Assembly: GCA_017463065.1 (NCBI GenBank)
Contig: JAFTPX010000046.1
Span: forward strand, 18,836 to 82,835
Source: Clostridia bacterium
Lineage (GTDB): Bacteria > Bacillota > Clostridia > Oscillospirales > CAG-272
Length of the DNA: 64,000 bases
Direction: 5' to 3'
Numbering within the stretch: position 1 is the first letter of the stretch; each line of letters starts with the position of its first letter. Of this stretch, positions 59,589 through 64,000 are shown in pieces. The translations under genes were made by a program, and so were the position numbers. Below the pieces are notes generated by a model. It made no database searches. It was not told the DNA's origin and saw nothing but the letters and a program-made list of their open reading frames with translations.

Positions 59589-60800
59589 ATGTTTAGAAAG
59601 AAAGAATGTGTAGCCATGCTTTTGGCTGGCGGTCAGGGAAGCCGTCTCTATGCTTTGACCGAAAAAACCGCGAAGCCTGCAGTTCCGTATGGTGGAAAGT
59701 ATCGGATTATTGATTTTCCGCTGTCAAACTGTGTCAATTCGGGAATTGACACGGTAGGCGTACTTACTCAGTATCAACCGCTTGTGTTGAATGAATATAT
59801 CGGAAACGGTCTTCCTTGGGATCTGGACCGTGCTTTTGGCGGAGTCAAGATATTGCCTCCCTATCAGGGCAAGAAGGGTGCCGACTGGTACAAGGGCACC
59901 GCTAATGCGATTTATCAGAATCTGGAATTTATTGATCGCTACGATCCCGATTATGTGCTGATTCTGTCGGGCGACCATATTTACAAGATGGATTACGCGA
60001 AGATGCTGGATTATCACAAGAAAATGAATGCGGATTGTACCATTGCCGTGATTGACGTTCCGCTGAAGGAGGCAAGTCGCTTCGGTATCATGAGTGCCGA
60101 CGAGGGAGGACGAATCTACAAATTTGCGGAGAAGCCAAAGAACCCCGAAAGCACCAGTGCTTCCATGGGTATCTATATTTTCTCCAAGGACGTATTGTTC
60201 CGCTACCTGAAGGAGGATGCGGCAGATCCCAACAGTTCCAATGACTTCGGTAAGAATATTATTCCCACGATGCTGGCAAATCAGCAAAGAATGTATGCAT
60301 ATCCCTTCTCGGGATACTGGAAGGACGTGGGAACCATTGCGTCCTTGTGGGAAGCAAATATGGATCTTTTGGGTGATGCTCCCGAGCTTTCTTTGGACGA
60401 TGAGGATTGGCGGATTTATTCCCGTCACGATCCGCACGCGCCGCAGGTGGTAGGACCGAATGCCGTGATCGAAAACAGCACCATTACGGAGGGATGTGAG
60501 ATTTACGGAACGGTTCGAAATTCCGTGCTTGGCGCAGGCGTTCGGGTGATGGAAAACGCGGTGGTTGCCAACTCGGTAATCATGGAAGACGTGGAGATCA
60601 GCGAGGATGCTGAGGTGAATTACGTGATCGTAGACACGGGTGTAACGATCGGAAAGGGTTGCCGTGTCGGCGAAGAACAGAAAAAGGCAAAGGGAATTAC
60701 GGTCATCGGCACGGGAGTTGCTGTTCCGAGCGGTATAGTGATCGGCGCAAATGAAATGATATCCGACAGTTCAGATATTCAGGCAAAGGAGGAGAATTAA
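59589..60800 (+). CDS. glgC: glucose-1-phosphate adenylyltransferase
   Basis: Start trimmed to ATG 59589 (GGAGGT RBS). [10 protein letters not shown] nucleotide-binding loop and a left-handed beta-helix C-domain. Confidence 0.95.
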   Translation: MFRKKECVAMLLAGGQGSRLYALTEKTAKPAVPYGGKYRIIDFPLSNCVNSGIDTVGVLTQYQPLVLNEYIGNGLPWDLDRAFGGVKILPPYQGKKGADWYKGTANAIYQNLEFIDRYDPDYVLILSGDHIYKMDYAKMLDYHKKMNADCTIAVIDVPLKEASRFGIMSADEGGRIYKFAEKPKNPESTSASMGIYIFSKDVLFRYLKEDAADPNSSNDFGKNIIPTMLANQQRMYAYPFSGYWKDVGTIASLWEANMDLLGDAPELSLDDEDWRIYSRHDPHAPQVVGPNAVIENSTITEGCEIYGTVRNSVLGAGVRVMENAVVANSVIMEDVEISEDAEVNYVIVDTGVTIGKGCRVGEEQKKAKGITVIGTGVAVPSGIVIGANEMISDSSDIQAKEEN

Positions 60801-60801
60801 C

Positions 60802-61932
60802 ATGGGAGTTGCAGGATTAATTTTTTCCAATATTCATAATTCGTCCATTTCGGAGCTGACCAACGTCAGAACCATGGCGTCCGTCCCCTTCGGATGCCGC
60901 TACCGTTTGGTGGACTTTCCCCTTTCCAATATGGTGAATTCGGGAATCAACAAGATCGGAATTATTACCCATAACAACTATCAGTCCCTGATGGATCACA
61001 TCGGAACGGGTAAGGACTGGGATTTGGCGAGACGGTCGGGCGGAATTAAGATTTTGCCTCCCTTCATTACTACATATGACGCCAACGGCGGACGGCTTTA
61101 TACCTCCCGTCTGGAAGCGTTGATGGGTGTTTCCGACTTTATTTCCCGTTGTGATGAGGATTATATTGTTCTTTCGGATTGTGACGGTATCTGTAATATC
61201 GATCTTTCCGAGGTCATTGCCAAGCACATTGATACCAACGCTGATCTGACCATCGTAACGAGAAAGGTTCCCGCTGACGGAGCGGGTGTCGCGCGGGGAA
61301 GCCACGTGATTCTTTCTGACGAGGAGGGAAGAATTACCGAGGTGTCCTCCTATATGACGGGCGCACAGGTCTCAGAGATCAGTACCAACGTGATGGTGGC
61401 GAACAGAATGTTCCTTTTGAACGCAATCAGTGATGCGGGTGCTCACGGATATACCAATTTTTATCGGGATATCGTGGGGGGACGGGTTGGCAAGGCCCGA
61501 TTCTTCCGTTATCTCTATGAAGGAATTTATATTCAGATCACCTCGCTGGAAAGCTATTTTTCGAATTCGATGAAGCTGCTGGATCCCGAGGTTCGGAACG
61601 GACTATTCAACGTGACGGGTCGTCCTGTTTATACCAAGCTTCGCAATTCCGCTCCCACCCGTTATACGGGCGACTCCAAGGTAACCAACAGCTATGTGGC
61701 AGACGGATGCGTGATTGAAGGAACGGTAGAGAATTCCATTCTGTTCCGAGGGGTTCGGGTAGGCAAGGGAACCGTGGTGAAAAATTCGATTCTTTTGCAG
61801 GATACCTTTACGGGTAATAATGCTTCACTGAACTGTGTTATTGCCGATAAAAATGTGGTGATTCGTGACGAAAGAGTTCTTTCGGGACATGAATCCATGC
61901 CCTTCTTTATTCCCAAGGGAACAATGGTGTAA
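60802..61932 (+). CDS. glgD: glucose-1-phosphate adenylyltransferase subunit GlgD
   Basis: 376 aa paralog lacking the GGxGxRL loop. Lies directly after glgC, as in Bacillus. Confidence 0.88.
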   Translation: MGVAGLIFSNIHNSSISELTNVRTMASVPFGCRYRLVDFPLSNMVNSGINKIGIITHNNYQSLMDHIGTGKDWDLARRSGGIKILPPFITTYDANGGRLYTSRLEALMGVSDFISRCDEDYIVLSDCDGICNIDLSEVIAKHIDTNADLTIVTRKVPADGAGVARGSHVILSDEEGRITEVSSYMTGAQVSEISTNVMVANRMFLLNAISDAGAHGYTNFYRDIVGGRVGKARFFRYLYEGIYIQITSLESYFSNSMKLLDPEVRNGLFNVTGRPVYTKLRNSAPTRYTGDSKVTNSYVADGCVIEGTVENSILFRGVRVGKGTVVKNSILLQDTFTGNNASLNCVIADKNVVIRDERVLSGHESMPFFIPKGTMV

Positions 61933-61940
61933 TATTTTTC

Positions 61941-61978
61941 GAAATGCCGTTGATTTCAACGGCATTTCCTTGATTTTG
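61941..61978 (+). terminator. intrinsic terminator after glgD
   Basis: GAAATGCCGTTG-ATTT-CAACGGCATTTC (12 bp), followed by CTTGATTTT. Confidence 0.88.
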
Positions 61979-62014
61979 AGCATAAATTTTGTGTTATTTT
62001 CGGTAAAATCGGGA

Positions 62015-62043
62015 TTGCAAAAAAAGAAAAACTATGATATAAT
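62015..62043 (+). promoter_or_regulatory. sigma-A promoter of glgA-glgP
   Basis: TTGCAA (62015-62020), 17 nt, TGaTATAAT (TATAAT at 62038-62043). Confidence 0.8.
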
Positions 62044-62094
62044 GTATATTGAGTTAAAATATATCTTAAAATAACATACATAGAGGGAAAAGGT

Positions 62095-63534
62095 ATGAAA
62101 AAGATTTTGTTTATCGGCGCGGAAGCAATGCCTTTTGCTGCAACGGGCGGTTTGGGCGACGTGCTTGGATCTCTTCCCGCGGCAATTCAAAAAGCGGCAG
62201 AGGGAGAGGCTGACGTTCGCGTGGTGATGCCCCTGTATGGCGCGGTATCGGACACTTGGCGTTCTCAGATGACCTTGGAAGTGGAATATGAGCTTTCCTT
62301 GTCTTGGAGACGGCAGTATTGCGGCGTTTACAGTCTGGTGAAGGATGGAGTGAAATATTACTTTATCGATAATGAGTATTATTTCAAGCGAGGATCTCTT
62401 TACGGTCAGTTTGACGATGGCGAGCGGTTCGCGTTTTTCTGTAAGGCGGCAATCGATATGCTGGGTGTCGTTGGCTTTTATCCCGACGTGATCCATGCCC
62501 ACGATTGGCAGGCGGCGTTGAGTCTGGTTTATCTGGATCGCAAATACCGTCAGATCGAGGGATATGAGTTTATTAAAACGGTATTTACAATTCATAACAT
62601 TGAATATCAGGGCAAGTACGATTTTTCCATCTTGGGAGACGTATTTGAGCTGGGTGAGTTCGAACGAGAGATCGTGGAATACGATGGATGCATCAATTTG
62701 ATGAAGGGTGCTATCGTTTGTGCCAACAAGGTCAGCACCGTGAGTCCCCGTTACGCCGAGGAAATTCGCTCTGCAGAGTATGCTCACGGCTTGGATCGCT
62801 TGTTAGAGGAGCATTCTTGCAAGCTGTGCGGTATTTTGAACGGTATCGATTACGAGTATTATAACCCTGCAAGAAAGAACAGCGTGGCAAAGAACTTTAC
62901 GTGGCGTTCGATTCCCGCGAAGTACGAAAACAAAACGACACTGCAGAGAGAGATCGGCTTGCCTGAACGGACCGACGTTCCGCTGATTTCGGTGATCTCC
63001 AGATTGGCGTCTCACAAGGGCTTGGATCTGATCCGAGAAATGGCGTATGAGCTGATGAGTACCCGTGACGTACAGCTGGTTGTGCTGGGGAAGGGCGAGG
63101 CGGTTTACGAAAGCTTCTTTGCGGGGCTGGAGTCTGCGTTCCCCCACAAGGTCAGAGCCTTGTTGACCTATGACAGAGATCTTGCGGTGCGGATCTACGC
63201 CGCTACAGATATCTTCCTGATGCCCTCCAAGAGCGAGCCCTGCGGCTTGTCACAGATGATTGCTTCTCGGTACGGCGCAATTCCCGTGACCCGTGAGACG
63301 GGCGGTCTGTATGACTCTATCAAGGGCTACTGGGAGGAGAAGGGTCAGATCCACGGAAACGGCTTTACCTTTGCGAACTACTCCTCTGCGGAGCTGGCAG
63401 AACGGACGGGTGCCGCCATTGATCTTTGGTGTAACGAAGACAAGAGAAAGAAGCTGGTCAGCCGCGTTATGCGCACCGACTTCTCTTGGAACGCTTCCGC
63501 AGTACAGTATTTGGAGATGTACGCATCCCTGTAA
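62095..63534 (+). CDS. glgA: glycogen synthase
   Basis: 479 aa. N-terminal AEAMPFAATGGLGDV motif. GT5 family. Confidence 0.95.
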   Translation: MKKILFIGAEAMPFAATGGLGDVLGSLPAAIQKAAEGEADVRVVMPLYGAVSDTWRSQMTLEVEYELSLSWRRQYCGVYSLVKDGVKYYFIDNEYYFKRGSLYGQFDDGERFAFFCKAAIDMLGVVGFYPDVIHAHDWQAALSLVYLDRKYRQIEGYEFIKTVFTIHNIEYQGKYDFSILGDVFELGEFEREIVEYDGCINLMKGAIVCANKVSTVSPRYAEEIRSAEYAHGLDRLLEEHSCKLCGILNGIDYEYYNPARKNSVAKNFTWRSIPAKYENKTTLQREIGLPERTDVPLISVISRLASHKGLDLIREMAYELMSTRDVQLVVLGKGEAVYESFFAGLESAFPHKVRALLTYDRDLAVRIYAATDIFLMPSKSEPCGLSQMIASRYGAIPVTRETGGLYDSIKGYWEEKGQIHGNGFTFANYSSAELAERTGAAIDLWCNEDKRKKLVSRVMRTDFSWNASAVQYLEMYASL

Positions 63535-63601
63535 TATAATTTTGCTGCCAGACGGCAGGGGGTCGGGGAATCCGACAGCTATTGGAAAGGAATAAACAGA
63601 A

Positions 63602-64000
63602 ATGGCTAACAACCTGAAGAAATCAGACATAAAAGAAATTGTTGAGGCAAAGCTCTCCCGCTATTTTGGCTGTTCGCCGAAGGAGGCTTCCCGCGACCAG
63701 ATGTATAAGGCTGTCGCAATGACGATTAAAGACATTCTTACGGAAAAAAGAGGAGACTTTAAGCAAGAGGTCAATGCCAAGGGCGGAAAGCGTGTCTATT
63801 ATATGTGTATTGAGTTCCTGTTGGGACGCTCTTTGAAGACCAATCTTTGTAATCTCGGATTGAATGAGACTTACAAAAGCGCCCTGAAGGATTTTGGCTT
63901 TGACTTGGAGGATCTGTACGAGTGCGAGTCGGACGCGGGACTTGGAAACGGCGGTCTTGGTCGTCTTGCTGCTTGCTTTATGGATTCGCTGTCATCTCTG
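63602..64000 (+). CDS. glgP: glycogen/maltodextrin phosphorylase, N-terminal fragment (runs off window)
   Basis: ATG 63602, with the frame open to the window end. Motifs EFLLGRSL and DAGLGNGGLGRLAACFMDS. Confidence 0.9.
   Translation, partial: MANNLKKSDIKEIVEAKLSRYFGCSPKEASRDQMYKAVAMTIKDILTEKRGDFKQEVNAKGGKRVYYMCIEFLLGRSLKTNLCNLGLNETYKSALKDFGFDLEDLYECESDAGLGNGGLGRLAACFMDSLSSL

Overview
This 64 kb window looks like ordinary core chromosome of a spore-forming Firmicute, probably a Clostridia or Oscillospirales-like organism of moderate GC. I see no obvious mobile, defence or otherwise exotic system.

Evidence for the taxon:
- T-box regulation.
- An L21-Prp-L27 operon.
- GlgD.
- A yabM-mazG-hup-yabO-yabP-yabQ-divIC block.
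- The syntenies miaB-ymcA-mutS-mutL and recJ-rel-dtd.

About 60 genes are present and almost all are on the + strand. In order:
- A branched-chain amino-acid supercluster: ilvB' ilvN ilvC, then coaX and an ECF S-component-like gene, then ilvD leuA leuC leuD leuB ilvE.
- A complete seven-gene arginine operon, argGHCJBDF, with ARG-box-like operators.
- A Trp-specifier T-box leader in front of a stand-alone trpB.
- An Mrp/NBP35 ATPase, a SanA-like DUF218 protein and a Dus enzyme.
- nrdR.
- A minus-strand operon of an M16 peptidase pair, lgt and folD.
- rplU-prp-rpmA.
- miaB-ymcA-mutS-mutL-tgt-tldD-pmbA.
- glyQS.
- cdaA plus a mini membrane partner.
- A COG2509-type FAD protein, recJ, rel, dtd, a HemZ-like radical SAM enzyme and a uridine-kinase-like protein.
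- The sporulation and division block.
- The glycogen cluster glgBCD and glgA glgP'.

Twelve near-consensus sigma-A promoters (mostly TGnTATAAT) and about a dozen intrinsic terminators delimit the operons. I found no tRNA or rRNA genes, CRISPR arrays, transposases, integrases or pseudogenes.

The many long minus-strand ORFs in the track, up to 1582 aa, are antisense shadows of the real genes. They arise because TTA, CTA and TCA codons are avoided.

The items most worth follow-up are regulatory and architectural:
- The orphan T-box-controlled trpB.
- cdaA coupled to an 85-aa stub in place of CdaR.
- The coaX and S-component wedge, with an unclassified leader, inside the ilv-leu cluster.
- A terminator that sequesters the yabP RBS.
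- A CTHxCSTC cysteine motif shared by two unrelated proteins.

All calls rest on motif recognition and gene order. No database search was run.
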